DNA of 64,000 bases from an uncultured virus (IMG/VR IMGVR_UViG_3300027749_000050) (taxonomy: Duplodnaviria > Heunggongvirae > Uroviricota > Caudoviricetes): the IMG/VR virus record IMGVR_UViG_3300027749_000050; one strand, given 5' to 3'. The position numbers and the translations under genes were made by a program. Under the pieces are notes generated by a model. The model was not told where the DNA came from and did no database searches. It saw only the letters and a program-made list of their open reading frames with translations. Below are positions 18,839 through 29,572 of this stretch, one piece after another (within the stretch, counting starts at the first letter, position 1; each line of letters begins with the position of its first letter).

Positions 18839-21319
18839 TTAATTTTGTATAATTCTCACTGACAATCCAAACTTAGCAGAAGGTGCTGTAGTTATACCTA
18901 AACCTGAAAAATTTGTTCCCATAAAAACATAACCAACAGTATTACCAAACCACCAATAACCATTTCCAGTTAGACCACTAAATGTCCCAGATGATGATCT
19001 TTGTCCACCTGGAAGTGCAGTAAATCCTGTAAGATTATTTCCATTACTATATGTACCAGCAGCCCAACCTGTTGTACTTTTTAAACGAGTTGATAAACTA
19101 CCAACACAAGTTGACAATGTTGACCAATCACCACTGGTAGCTACACGATAACCTAATGGAGCTAATCCTCTAAAATCATCAACAGCTTCCCAATTGTATA
19201 ATCTTCCATAAATAGGTTCAGTGGCAGGATCATTATTATAATAACACCAAGCACCCGTAGTTAATGCAGCCCAAGCAGTTGGGTCTGTAACTTGAGGTAT
19301 GGCATCACCATTTCTATAAGTTGTAACACTTAAGTTAGTAGTAGACCAAAGATTAGGACTAATAGCACATAATATATATGGATTTACCGTAGTAGTTGTT
19401 GTAGTGCTAGGTGCAGCAGTAGTAGTAGATGTTGTAGTAGTTAATAAACAACTTCCAACTACAGAGTATGTAATATCACTACTTGATGTAACAATTGATG
19501 ATAGTATTAAACAAGTATTAAAACTTACTTGTAAAGGAGCTAAGTCTAATTTAAAGTTTTGTTTATTACAGTCAGCATACACTACAGTTCCTGTTTTACC
19601 ATTATTAGTAAATACTACTTCTGTACATATATTAGATGGTGGAACTGTAGTAGTTGTACTAGTAGCAGGACACTTTTTTGATACACAATTTGCTCCCACT
19701 GCTATGTTTACTAAAGATGGTTGCCTAGCTGTAGCATTTGATCCACACACCTGAACTGATTGATAAGGTGGAAGAACACTATTTGGAAAAGGCATTAGTA
19801 GAATATTATTATCACAATCAGTATACCAAACATCTTGTGGAAAACCAGATGTATTTACAATAGTAATACAATTACAAGCTATAGTGGTTGTAGTAGTTGT
19901 GCTTGGAGCTATGGTAGTAGTGCTAGTAGTTGGACTAGCTGTTGTTGTAGGAGTAACTGTACTTGTTGTAGTAGTTGGAGGAACAGGAGGACAACTTGCT
20001 CCACAAGGCCCATTATTAACTAAACTATATATCCAAGTTGATGGTGTTGGATTAGAAGGATTTTTAACTGGATTAAATATACCATTTCCACACCAAGAAA
20101 AACTTGCCCCAGGTAAAATGCTATTTAATACAACATCATTACCATCACAATCTTTATAATCTAAACGATAAAATGAACTTGGATCAGTTTCTAAATTTTT
20201 TATAGTATAACAATTACATGCACTAATAGTTGTTGTAGTGGTAGTACTAGGTGCTATTGTAGTAGTGGTAGTTGTAGGAACAGCTTTTAATGTAGTGGTA
20301 GTTGTTAAGTTATTACTAAACTCTTGAGTTAAACAACTAGCTATTTGAGAAGCTCCTAAAATTATATCAAGAGGATTACCATTTGTAGGATATCCTATAC
20401 GTGTAATTGTATTTGGAGAACTTGTACCAATAGTATATATACCACTGGAACCATCCATTATATATACTAAACTTCCACTTTCAAATAATCCGTATGGAAA
20501 ATTTATAGTAGGGTTTAATTTCTTTTCAAATTCTAATGTACCTGTAGTATAATCATATTGAGAAATATAATTGTCAGTTCCATCATCTGATAATACAATA
20601 AATTTATTAGTAGTTGTTAATAAAAAATCTCCTGTTACTCCTCTTCCTGCTGGAAGATTAAATTTAGATGTAAACACTCCAGTTAATGTATTAAATTCTC
20701 CAACAACAGAAGTTGTAGTAGATCCATTAACTACAAGAAGAGTGGTATTATTAATAGCATGTAGCCCAGCAGATGATACAAAACCAGGAGGCCATAAAAG
20801 ATTTTGATTAAATGTAGCTGACCAAGGACTTAATGTAATATTATATTCTACAAATGCTCCGGCTCTAAAATCTACAAACCACATCTTTGTAGCTGTATGA
20901 GCTATATCTAAATCTATAAATGTTGATCCTGTTATACCTGGAACAAATAAAGAAGTGACAAAGTTAGTACTAGTGTTATAAGAATAAACGGCTCCTTTTG
21001 CATAATATATAGGACTACATGTAGACACCACAACATTAGATGTTGTACTGGTAGTAGTAGGAGAAACCGTACTTGTAGTTGTAGTTGGGTAAGGAATATT
21101 TATATAATTATAACTACTACATAAAGCACTTACAGATTGAACTTTTATTTTAACAGCATTGTCAGGAATATTAGTAAGTAATAATCCTGATAGAAGTTGA
21201 GACTTTGATACATTAGATTGTACCAATGTTTCAATACCATTGATGTCTACTGAATACAAATCAAAGGGACCTGTATTTCCTCCTAAATTACTTAACTGTA
21301 TATATAATGTTTGTGCCAT
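18839..21319 (-). CDS. Modular adhesin-like protein: propeller-like region, mucin-like Thr tracts, Cys modules, C-terminal Fib_succ_major (FISUMP) domain
   Basis: C-terminus NLSVTTYRNGD...WCYYNND...YGRLYNW...GFTALPGG...GYWW...GLSVR is FISUMP-like; many PTTTTT linkers. Confidence 0.75.
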   Translation of the reverse strand: MAQTLYIQLSNLGGNTGPFDLYSVDINGIETLVQSNVSKSQLLSGLLLTNIPDNAVKIKVQSVSALCSSYNYINIPYPTTTTSTVSPTTTSTTSNVVVSTCSPIYYAKGAVYSYNTSTNFVTSLFVPGITGSTFIDLDIAHTATKMWFVDFRAGAFVEYNITLSPWSATFNQNLLWPPGFVSSAGLHAINNTTLLVVNGSTTTSVVGEFNTLTGVFTSKFNLPAGRGVTGDFLLTTTNKFIVLSDDGTDNYISQYDYTTGTLEFEKKLNPTINFPYGLFESGSLVYIMDGSSGIYTIGTSSPNTITRIGYPTNGNPLDIILGASQIASCLTQEFSNNLTTTTTLKAVPTTTTTTIAPSTTTTTTISACNCYTIKNLETDPSSFYRLDYKDCDGNDVVLNSILPGASFSWCGNGIFNPVKNPSNPTPSTWIYSLVNNGPCGASCPPVPPTTTTSTVTPTTTASPTTSTTTIAPSTTTTTTIACNCITIVNTSGFPQDVWYTDCDNNILLMPFPNSVLPPYQSVQVCGSNATARQPSLVNIAVGANCVSKKCPATSTTTTVPPSNICTEVVFTNNGKTGTVVYADCNKQNFKLDLAPLQVSFNTCLILSSIVTSSSDITYSVVGSCLLTTTTSTTTAAPSTTTTTTVNPYILCAISPNLWSTTNLSVTTYRNGDAIPQVTDPTAWAALTTGAWCYYNNDPATEPIYGRLYNWEAVDDFRGLAPLGYRVATSGDWSTLSTCVGSLSTRLKSTTGWAAGTYSNGNNLTGFTALPGGQRSSSGTFSGLTGNGYWWFGNTVGYVFMGTNFSGLGITTAPSAKFGLSVRIIQN

Positions 21320-21331
21320 TTTTTATTTTAA

Positions 21332-23863
21332 TTATGTAAATTGCCAATTACAAGCAAATGTACAAGTGCTACTTTCACTTAATTTATCTAATACAACTCT
21401 TCCTGTTCCTGTAGTTGCTCCTTGTATTAAGTATACAGTAGTATAAGGTCCTCCCACTGGTGCATACCATTTACCAGTAGTTAGTGTATTATTTGCTACA
21501 GTTACTATAACAGAAGACCCTGATGGAAGAGCACATCCACCAGGTCCTGTGCAACTATATGGTACACCAATGTATTTATTAACAAATGGAGTGGTAGTTG
21601 AACTTGTTGTTGTAGGAACTTTAGTTGTTGTACTAGTTGTAGGTGTTTTTGTTGTTGTTGAAGTTGTTGGAGCTATTGTTGTAGTTGTAGGAGTTTTAGT
21701 AGTGGTAGTTGTTGGAGCCACTGTAGTAGACGTAGTTGGTGCTATAGTTGTAGTGGTTGGTCCAGTGGTACATGTCTTCTTATCAGGACATGCTAATCCA
21801 GTAGTTGCTGCTATACCTTCACGGCTAAATGAAGCACTTCCAGGAACCCCACAAAAACTAATTGTAGATAGAGCACCTATTGTTCCTGATGTTGACTTAC
21901 CAAAACAATTAGTGTAAGTATAAGTTGCTGAAAAAGTATTTACACTAGTAAATGTCAAACAATTACAAGCAAGAGTTGTAGTTGATGTTGTAGGAGGAGC
22001 TGTAGTTGTAGTTGTAGGAAGAGCACAACCTGGAGCTGTAGATGCTGATCCTATATTAAATACACCATCAGGCATTCTAGTAAATGTCCCAGATCCACTT
22101 GTACTATCTACACGATATATTGCACCACTACTATTAAATATATAAATAGTACTTCCTATTGCAGCTAATCCATAAGCTGTTGTTGCTATAGCATCTATAT
22201 TAACATCAGCTATTTGAACTCCTGTAGAATAAGTATATGTAGTTAAGTAATGAGCACTTCCTGTATTATTTTGATTTGTAACATAAAGAATATCATTACT
22301 TGCCCAATACATATCTCCTGTTAATACTCTTTGTGATACTGTATTTAAAGAAAACTTATCAGTAGATGTAATTGTACTACTACCACTTACATCTAACTCA
22401 ATAATCATTGATGACAGTCCTGATCTATGTCTTGCAGTAATGAGTGTATTAGAATCTTTTGCTGTAAGTCCTAATGCATGCACACCAGGTGAAGCTGTTA
22501 ATAATACAGGATTAGTAAAACTTATAGGGCATAAATTAAAATCATATTTAGTAACTCTAGCATAAGTTGTTGTAGGATTATTATAAGGATTTCCTACATT
22601 ATCAGCAATAAAAAATTTAGTTCCAGTGTGAGCTATATCTCCGTATGCAGATATAGGATTGCTAGTAGGATTTGGTATCTGTGTAGATATTCCTAATGTA
22701 GGACTTATAAGATTATAAAAATAAAGATTATTATTTCCACCTGTCATATATATTGCTCCACATGCAGGTACACATCTCGTAGTAGATGTTGTAGTGGATG
22801 GTGTTTTTGTAGTAGTAGATGTTGCTGGACAAAGTCCATTAACACATAATGCTGTTCCACCTGTAACAGTAGAAAAACCAATTATTTCAAAACTTAAATA
22901 TGGAGAACAATAATTAGGATTAGCTGCACTATATGTACCTGTTTGTGTTACACCATTACAATCCACCCAACTAATTGTTGTTCCTTGTTTAGCTGTAACA
23001 TAATAACACTTACAAGGAGCCATTGTTGTAGGAGCTGCTGTAGTAGTTGATGTTAATGATATTGGTTGACCTGAACAATTTATTCCAGTGGGAGTAATTG
23101 TTACACCGGTAGGAACACTATTATTTAATATGTTATTGCAAGCACAAAGTCTAATCTCTGATCCTGCTGCAACTTTTGTAGTTGTTTGTTGATAACCACC
23201 ACTATTACAAGCCGTATAAGTAAGAACAAATGCAGTACTTGTAGTATTGCTCACATCATAAAATTGACATGTACAACTAAATGCTGTACTAGTAGTAGTA
23301 GTAGGAATAGCTGGAGTGTTACATGCTCCTGAATTAACTGCCGTCACTGTACCTGAAACAGGAACTATAGGATAACTAGTATTAACACATACTGTTTGAG
23401 ATGTTGTAATATTAAGTGGAATGTATGTAGTGGTATTACAAGGCACATAATTAACTATAGCTGTAGAGTTAGTTGGACCTGTATTTGTAATTTCATAAAA
23501 AGAACAAGGAGCTGCTGTAGTAGTGCTTGTAGTAGTGGGTGTCTTAGTTGTGCTTGTTGTAGTGGGAGAAACTGTAGTAGTAGTGGTAGTTATAGTAGGG
23601 TTTCCCATAATAATAGTACCACCTATATTACAACAATTTGGAAAAACTGCAGATAGTAAAGAAAATATAGTACTAAATAAAGGATCACCATTGGTTATAC
23701 CTAAACAAGAATAATCATCACCATTATAAAAAGCACATCCTATATCCAGTTTTTTATCACATGGATCTATTGGTTCACAAGTAGTAAGTCCTGTAACACC
23801 GGGTGGTGTACATATTGCACATGGTTCACAATTTGGATCAGCATTATTACAATTACAAGCCAT
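21332..23863 (-). CDS. Modular Cys-rich/mucin-like structural protein with propeller-like region
   Basis: 843 aa; long Thr/Ser/Pro tracts between ~60-aa Cys modules; DIAHT/TGD region paralogous to 18839..21319. Confidence 0.65.
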   Translation of the reverse strand: MACNCNNADPNCEPCAICTPPGVTGLTTCEPIDPCDKKLDIGCAFYNGDDYSCLGITNGDPLFSTIFSLLSAVFPNCCNIGGTIIMGNPTITTTTTTVSPTTTSTTKTPTTTSTTTAAPCSFYEITNTGPTNSTAIVNYVPCNTTTYIPLNITTSQTVCVNTSYPIVPVSGTVTAVNSGACNTPAIPTTTTSTAFSCTCQFYDVSNTTSTAFVLTYTACNSGGYQQTTTKVAAGSEIRLCACNNILNNSVPTGVTITPTGINCSGQPISLTSTTTAAPTTMAPCKCYYVTAKQGTTISWVDCNGVTQTGTYSAANPNYCSPYLSFEIIGFSTVTGGTALCVNGLCPATSTTTKTPSTTTSTTRCVPACGAIYMTGGNNNLYFYNLISPTLGISTQIPNPTSNPISAYGDIAHTGTKFFIADNVGNPYNNPTTTYARVTKYDFNLCPISFTNPVLLTASPGVHALGLTAKDSNTLITARHRSGLSSMIIELDVSGSSTITSTDKFSLNTVSQRVLTGDMYWASNDILYVTNQNNTGSAHYLTTYTYSTGVQIADVNIDAIATTAYGLAAIGSTIYIFNSSGAIYRVDSTSGSGTFTRMPDGVFNIGSASTAPGCALPTTTTTAPPTTSTTTLACNCLTFTSVNTFSATYTYTNCFGKSTSGTIGALSTISFCGVPGSASFSREGIAATTGLACPDKKTCTTGPTTTTIAPTTSTTVAPTTTTTKTPTTTTIAPTTSTTTKTPTTSTTTKVPTTTSSTTTPFVNKYIGVPYSCTGPGGCALPSGSSVIVTVANNTLTTGKWYAPVGGPYTTVYLIQGATTGTGRVVLDKLSESSTCTFACNWQFT

Positions 23864-23877
23864 TATTATTATTTATA

Positions 23878-24780
23878 TTAACTAGTACATGATGTTCCAG
23901 TGTCTGTTATAACACTTGTTCCAGAAACTTGAATATTATTTTGATAGTAGTAAGCTGCCGGTGTACTTGATGAAAGAACACATATTGACGATTCTAAACC
24001 ATCTATTACATAAGAATTAGTTGTTACTACACCTGCACAGTTTGTAAATACAACAAACACTTTATTATTATTAGAACCCACTGTATTACCTGTTGAATTA
24101 CCTAAGTCATCTTTAGTAACAACTATTGTGTAAACCTTACAAGGATTAGCCGTAGTGGTTGTAGTTGTAGTAGGTGTAATAGTAGTTGTTGTTGTAATTG
24201 GTGTTTGAGAATAACAAGGAGTAATTAACTCATAATCCTCAGGTATTGCACAACTAGCTAATAATGTAGAAGGAATATAAATATATCCTGTACTATCAGC
24301 ATTTCTCACTCTAAGCATTGGTATATCAGTTCCTAATGTTCTAAGTATGTAATAATATTCATAATTATAATTATAATCTACAGATGATGAATTATCTTTA
24401 AAACCAATTACTTTAACTTTATCATATGTTACATTATTAATATTATCTATCAATCCCAATGCACTATTTGGCCAAACAGTTTGAGTAATTAAAGTTGTTT
24501 CTGAACCTAGTATAATAGCATCAGCTACATACCCATTAGGATATGTGTTTAAACCTTTCCACATTAATAAATTACAAACAGATGGAGCTGCCGTAATTGT
24601 AAGACAGCCAGAAGCAGCTGTAACATTTCCAGAAAGTGTAGTGTATGTTACACTAGTAGCAGTACTCTCTATATATAAAGTGCCTACACCAGTTTCAATA
24701 CTATAAGCTACTGCTGATATAGTGTAGTTAAGTTTTAATAAACCGGATGATCCTGATATTGTTACTAAACAAGCTGCCAT
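23878..24780 (-). CDS. Structural protein with Thr tract and Cys module
   Basis: 300 aa; PITTTTTITPTTTTTTT linker; cluster context. Confidence 0.55.
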   Translation of the reverse strand: MAACLVTISGSSGLLKLNYTISAVAYSIETGVGTLYIESTATSVTYTTLSGNVTAASGCLTITAAPSVCNLLMWKGLNTYPNGYVADAIILGSETTLITQTVWPNSALGLIDNINNVTYDKVKVIGFKDNSSSVDYNYNYEYYYILRTLGTDIPMLRVRNADSTGYIYIPSTLLASCAIPEDYELITPCYSQTPITTTTTITPTTTTTTTANPCKVYTIVVTKDDLGNSTGNTVGSNNNKVFVVFTNCAGVVTTNSYVIDGLESSICVLSSSTPAAYYYQNNIQVSGTSVITDTGTSCTS

Positions 24781-24808
24781 TATATATAATTAATAATAAA
24801 AAATTTAT

Positions 24809-25318
24809 TTAAATTGCAAATGGTATAATTTCCATATATGTACCTGTATCTCCTCCAGTTCTGCCTTCAGCTTTTATATAAAAAAGTGTACTTTCTGCAA
24901 TAAGAGAAGGAGAACTAAATTCTAGTCCAAAATATTGAACATAACTTCCTCCACTTCTACTAGTTTGAGTATAGTTTGTAAATGGTGCTTGAACAGTATT
25001 TATTAACCAATTTTGTAAATTACTTTGACCATTAAATCCATTTATCCATGTTGTAACTTGTGGTGCTCCCCCTATACTTACTCCAGTAAAAGCTGCATTT
25101 TCCCAAGGATCTGTATGATTATTTGAATCTTTTTCTATTTCCCATTGTATTCTATATCTTTTAGTAACATCTAATGTATCAGGTTTAGGACATGTACTTG
25201 TAAATGATTCAAGTCCTCCACTTGATGCAATTAATTCGGCCCCTGGAGGAAGAGTAAATACTTCTCCCACTGCAAGAGTTACTGTTTTATATACACAAGC
25301 TGATACTGCACTAGCCAT
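24809..25318 (-). CDS. Hypothetical structural protein
   Basis: 169-aa ORF within the fibre cluster. Confidence 0.5.
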   Translation of the reverse strand: MASAVSACVYKTVTLAVGEVFTLPPGAELIASSGGLESFTSTCPKPDTLDVTKRYRIQWEIEKDSNNHTDPWENAAFTGVSIGGAPQVTTWINGFNGQSNLQNWLINTVQAPFTNYTQTSRSGGSYVQYFGLEFSSPSLIAESTLFYIKAEGRTGGDTGTYMEIIPFAI

Positions 25319-25356
25319 AATTTAATATTTTAAATTTTTGAAAAAGTTTATCCAAA

Positions 25357-26667
25357 CTATCCTTTAGTTGTTGTTGTTGTAGTTGCTGGACAAATTTTAT
25401 AAACAATAGTTGTAGCTGTCTTAGCTGTTAATGTACAACAATCTTTATTAATGTATGCTCCAATATATTTACTTACACATTTAATACAAGAAACATTACC
25501 ATCTGTAAAACAAACATCTGCTGTTATTGTTAATCCTGTTGTTACATCTAATGATGTAGTTGAACCAATACTAGTCCAAGTGTATGATTGAAATGGTGTT
25601 ATAGTAGTGTCATCTAATATACCAGATGTTCCACCACTTAATCTAAACAATATAGTGAGAGGAGCTGTATTACCCAATCCATCAGTGACATTAAACACTG
25701 TACCATGAATTTGATCACAATCATAGAAACTTCCTGGAACAATTGTTTTATTGTAGAAAAATAATCTAAGAGTGTTTCTATCAATCCATTGGTAGCTAAA
25801 GTCAACAATAATACTATTACAATTAACTTTACAACAGTTGTCTTGAATAAGTTTAACTGCATCTCTAAGATCACATACTAAAGCCCATAAGTTAGTAATA
25901 GCATCACCAATTGTAGATGGACTAGATTTCCATTTAGTAGGACCTAAAGAAGTTATATATTGACCAGTTGCTAATAATCTTCCAGTGGTGTTTAAGTTTT
26001 TACATTGAGAATTAATACCACTGTTTAAAGAAGCTACACTTCCCAATGGACCAACAGGAGCAATGTATGTACAAACTGTACTTTCTAAATTTACTAAAAT
26101 TGCAGGTATAGTTTGAACACCTCCTAATAAACAACTTGAATAAGTAGGAACTATTACAACAGGATGTTGCAAAGCATATACATCTGCCTGAAGTTGAGAT
26201 ATTTGACCACTATGTAACTGCACAGTTGTATTAATAGAGCATACTAGTGTAGCTATTCTTAGAGTGTATTGACTATGTAACAAAGATGTGGGACCACCTA
26301 CAGTTTGAAAGCAAGTTGCTAAATTAAGTGTAGGTTCTATGTATATACTTTGAGTTCTAGGAAGTGTATTAACAAAATCAGAAAGACAACAAACTTTTGT
26401 AATAAGTAATTCCAATATATTAGCTAATGTTTGAGCTGGCTTTGGAGTGGTGCTGCATATCTGTAAAAGACATGTCATATCTACATCTGATATACCAATA
26501 CTATCTTTTAAATTACATATTTCTACAGCCACCTTATATACTACATCAGAAATACTATCACCTTTACAAAGGTTAAGACATGGTAAGTCTGGCCCTTGCC
26601 ATATCACACAATTGGATGATACAGGAGAACAGTTTTCTTTATTTGAATTTGAACTATACGGTGTCAT
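25357..26667 (-). CDS. Cys-rich tail fibre/collar-like protein
   Basis: NCSPVSSNCVIWQGPDL N-terminal domain, helical segments, terminal Thr tract. Confidence 0.6.
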   Translation of the reverse strand: MTPYSSNSNKENCSPVSSNCVIWQGPDLPCLNLCKGDSISDVVYKVAVEICNLKDSIGISDVDMTCLLQICSTTPKPAQTLANILELLITKVCCLSDFVNTLPRTQSIYIEPTLNLATCFQTVGGPTSLLHSQYTLRIATLVCSINTTVQLHSGQISQLQADVYALQHPVVIVPTYSSCLLGGVQTIPAILVNLESTVCTYIAPVGPLGSVASLNSGINSQCKNLNTTGRLLATGQYITSLGPTKWKSSPSTIGDAITNLWALVCDLRDAVKLIQDNCCKVNCNSIIVDFSYQWIDRNTLRLFFYNKTIVPGSFYDCDQIHGTVFNVTDGLGNTAPLTILFRLSGGTSGILDDTTITPFQSYTWTSIGSTTSLDVTTGLTITADVCFTDGNVSCIKCVSKYIGAYINKDCCTLTAKTATTIVYKICPATTTTTTKG

Positions 26668-26687
26668 AGAAATAAAATATTTTAAAA

Positions 26688-26849
26688 TTATTCAGCTACG
26701 TTTTCTATAATAGTAGGAACGTCTGTCAATTTATTTTGTTCTTCAATTTTTGCATTAATAAAATTTAATAAAGGAAGACCATATTTCACTGGCATTTCTT
26801 GAATAAATTTGTCAAGTTCTTGTAATGTTTCTGAAGTTAATGTTAACAT
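26688..26849 (-). CDS. Small helical protein (53 aa), possible fibre chaperone
   Basis: Manual translation MLTLTSETLQELDKFIQEMPVKYGLPLLNFINAKIEEQNKLTDVPTIIENVAE*; below the ORF-track cutoff. Confidence 0.55.
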   Translation of the reverse strand: MLTLTSETLQELDKFIQEMPVKYGLPLLNFINAKIEEQNKLTDVPTIIENVAE

Positions 26850-26954
26850 AACTAGTTGGTTTTTAGTTGTTTATAAAATAATAGAATATATGTAAGGTAC
26901 ACTTACAATATAATATACAAAATTTTGAAGAGTTAGCCAAAAAGAATTTTTGTT

Positions 26955-28745
26955 CTATCCTACACCTCCTCCACCTAAAAGTGATTGTGAGCTAGGAGCT
27001 GCTGTAGCTATAAATCCTGTGCTTGTTCCTATTGAACTATTAGCTCCTATATACCAAGTACTTGCAGGAGTTCCTGTAAGTGTACCTAAAGTGATATAAT
27101 CACAATAGCAAACAATTCCTTTTCCAACTTTTGTTAAAGTTGTAGTACCTGATCCACTCCTATTTATATTTACTAAGGCTCCAGCAGTTCCTCTAACATT
27201 AAATCTATAAAAACTTTGTGTAGTTTGACCTAAAATACTTATTGTATGGGCTGCTGTAGATGTATTATCTATAAAGTTTGCAAATGTATTATTACCACTT
27301 ATAGTTGTTATAGCTGTAGAAGATCCTTTTGCAAGTTCTACTGTATAATAGGTTAATCCACCTCCTGCAAATGTACAAGCTGTGGCTGATATGTTAGTCA
27401 TTACTATTCTACTTTGCCCTGCATCAAAAGTTATACTTGTTGCATTCATGTTCCATATTGTACCTGTACCTGTAAGAGTCCATGTACCCCATCCCATATT
27501 AAGAATTCTTGTATTTGCAACTGATGATACAAATAAACCACAAGTAACATTAGCTCCATTATTAACATTTAATGTGCCTGCAGTTAATGTTAGTGTATTA
27601 GTTACTAATGTAAGATTAAAGTTTACATTTATATTAGTAGATGCACAACTTGTTATTGTAACAGCAGCATTACAAGTAAATGCATCTACAAATGTAAATA
27701 TTCCAGATCCTGCTGACCATGAACTATCATTTAATGTAACTGTTCCTGTAACAAGACTTTTACCTGCAAGAGTTATTATTGAAGTATATAGATTAGAACT
27801 ACCTATTCCTTTAAAAATAAAAGATGGAGTAAGAGTAGGAGTTCCCATTGTAGAAACTAATGTAAGATTACCATCTATAGTGAGGGTTTGAGAAGCAGCA
27901 TTAGACCAAACCACATTAGTACCTCCAGAAAATACAAGTTCATTTATAGTAGATGTACTAAATGAAACCACAGCTCCACCAGTATTTGTTACATTAACTT
28001 TAGGATCACCTGTAGTACCTGCAGCAAGTGTTATAGATCCTGAACCTGTTCCTCCTAATTCTACATAACCATTACCAGGGTATACTACAGTATTAAAAGT
28101 AAGAGTTCTTGCTAAAGTTTGAGATCCTATTATATAAATACCAAAAGAATTCCAACTTAAATTTGTACTTACACCTGAATTAATTAAAGTTCCTGATCCA
28201 GTTAAATATAAACTTCCATCAACTTGAAAAGTTCTTACATTAGCATTAGATGTAGATATACTACCTATATAAGAATCTTGTGAAAAATATAAAAAACCAG
28301 CATTATGAGTTATAGAACTAGTTGTTGTAAACACATCTTGCATTGCCCAATAACCTGTTGTTGAACTAAAGTTAATAGGTCCATTAAAGCTTTTTCCATT
28401 ACAATAGATAAACCCAGAACCATTAGTAACAGTAAATGTTAATGCTCCATTATATGTAAAATTTGATGTAGGTCCCACTGCACTACAAACAAATGTAGAT
28501 CCTCCAGTATTTATACCTCCATCATTAGAACCTGTAACTGCTATTGATGAAGAACCTGTAAATACACCAGCAAATCCTGTCATTACAACACTTCTACAAG
28601 TTGCTCCTGCATCAACACTACATTGACCACTAGCTGAACTATTAAATATAACATCATCACCAGCTGTAGGAACAGCTGCTGGACTCCAGCTAGCTGCAGT
28701 TCCCCATGTAGAGTCTGTAGTTGCTATCCAAGTTTTAATTGCCAT
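26955..28745 (-). CDS. Beta-helix-like tail fibre/spike protein
   Basis: 596 aa Gly/Thr/Ser-rich; W-x-x-A-x-x-W..VPTAGDDVIF N-terminus typical of beta-helical phage adhesins. Confidence 0.6.
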   Translation of the reverse strand: MAIKTWIATTDSTWGTAASWSPAAVPTAGDDVIFNSSASGQCSVDAGATCRSVVMTGFAGVFTGSSSIAVTGSNDGGINTGGSTFVCSAVGPTSNFTYNGALTFTVTNGSGFIYCNGKSFNGPINFSSTTGYWAMQDVFTTTSSITHNAGFLYFSQDSYIGSISTSNANVRTFQVDGSLYLTGSGTLINSGVSTNLSWNSFGIYIIGSQTLARTLTFNTVVYPGNGYVELGGTGSGSITLAAGTTGDPKVNVTNTGGAVVSFSTSTINELVFSGGTNVVWSNAASQTLTIDGNLTLVSTMGTPTLTPSFIFKGIGSSNLYTSIITLAGKSLVTGTVTLNDSSWSAGSGIFTFVDAFTCNAAVTITSCASTNINVNFNLTLVTNTLTLTAGTLNVNNGANVTCGLFVSSVANTRILNMGWGTWTLTGTGTIWNMNATSITFDAGQSRIVMTNISATACTFAGGGLTYYTVELAKGSSTAITTISGNNTFANFIDNTSTAAHTISILGQTTQSFYRFNVRGTAGALVNINRSGSGTTTLTKVGKGIVCYCDYITLGTLTGTPASTWYIGANSSIGTSTGFIATAAPSSQSLLGGGGVG

Positions 28746-28996
28746 TATACTATAGCTTCAGTAAGGTTTAATTGTTGAAGTACATAATTCTGTACTACTG
28801 TATCATCTACTCCCCAAACATCAATAATAGATTGAGGAAGAATTATACTACCTTCTTTACTTACACTAACTCCACTTACTTTCCAAAACACACTTATAGA
28901 TGTAGGGAATAAAGGGAAAGGTTGCACTATAATTTCAAGTGTATCAGCAGTTCCATCTAATGGAAGTTGCACAAAATCTGTTGGGGTAATTTGCAT
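28745..28996 (-). CDS. Small tail-fibre-associated protein
   Basis: 83 aa with C-terminal WGVDD..V..YVL..LNLT motif often seen beside fibres. Confidence 0.5.
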   Translation of the reverse strand: MQITPTDFVQLPLDGTADTLEIIVQPFPLFPTSISVFWKVSGVSVSKEGSIILPQSIIDVWGVDDTVVQNYVLQQLNLTEAIV

Positions 28997-28998
28997 AA

Positions 28999-29568
28999 TT
29001 ATTTATAATAAATGTTAATAATAAGATCGTTAAGACCAACTGCTGTAGTACCTGCATCTGTAAGATCAGTCACTGTACTAATTGCTATACCTGTAGAAAA
29101 ATCTATACCATCAGGGAAACTTACGTTAGCTGCAGCAAGTCCAGGAATAACAATAGCAGAAACAACACCACTTCCTGCAGTTGGTGTACCTGCTGTATTA
29201 TGAAAAGCCACCTTTCTAGCAGAAGCATTTGAATTATATATATACCATCCTGTAACTTTACCAGCAGATGCTTTTATATTAGTTAAGTTAGTTGTTGCTG
29301 CAGAAACTAAGTGAAATGTAGTATCTCCACCTGTAGCAGATGATACTATTGATACAGGTTGTGTTGCTTGGTAGAAAGTTCCTGTTACAGCTACAGAAGA
29401 AGCAATACTTACAGGTTGTGTAGTTTGCCAAAATGTACCACTTACAGGTTGAGTAGTTTGGTAAAAAGTTCCTGTAACAGCTAAAGACGATTGATTTGAT
29501 GCAATAGCTACTGGTAAAGAACCAGACATTGTTGTTTGCCCTAAAGCAGGTTGTGCATTGTATGCCAT
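28999..29568 (-). CDS. Fibre-like protein with GTF(Y/W)Q.TQPVS repeats
   Basis: Three repeats followed by a beta-sandwich-like C-terminus. Confidence 0.55.
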   Translation of the reverse strand: MAYNAQPALGQTTMSGSLPVAIASNQSSLAVTGTFYQTTQPVSGTFWQTTQPVSIASSVAVTGTFYQATQPVSIVSSATGGDTTFHLVSAATTNLTNIKASAGKVTGWYIYNSNASARKVAFHNTAGTPTAGSGVVSAIVIPGLAAANVSFPDGIDFSTGIAISTVTDLTDAGTTAVGLNDLIINIYYK

Positions 29569-29572
29569 AGTT

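Noticed and set aside
18839..19350. Diversity-generating retroelement targeting the FISUMP domain
   Set aside because: No reverse transcriptase and no template-repeat copy seen in this window; cannot be excluded elsewhere in the genome
21590..21760. CRISPR-like or satellite repeat
   Set aside because: Degenerate triplet repeats encoding Thr tracts; no constant repeat-spacer pattern
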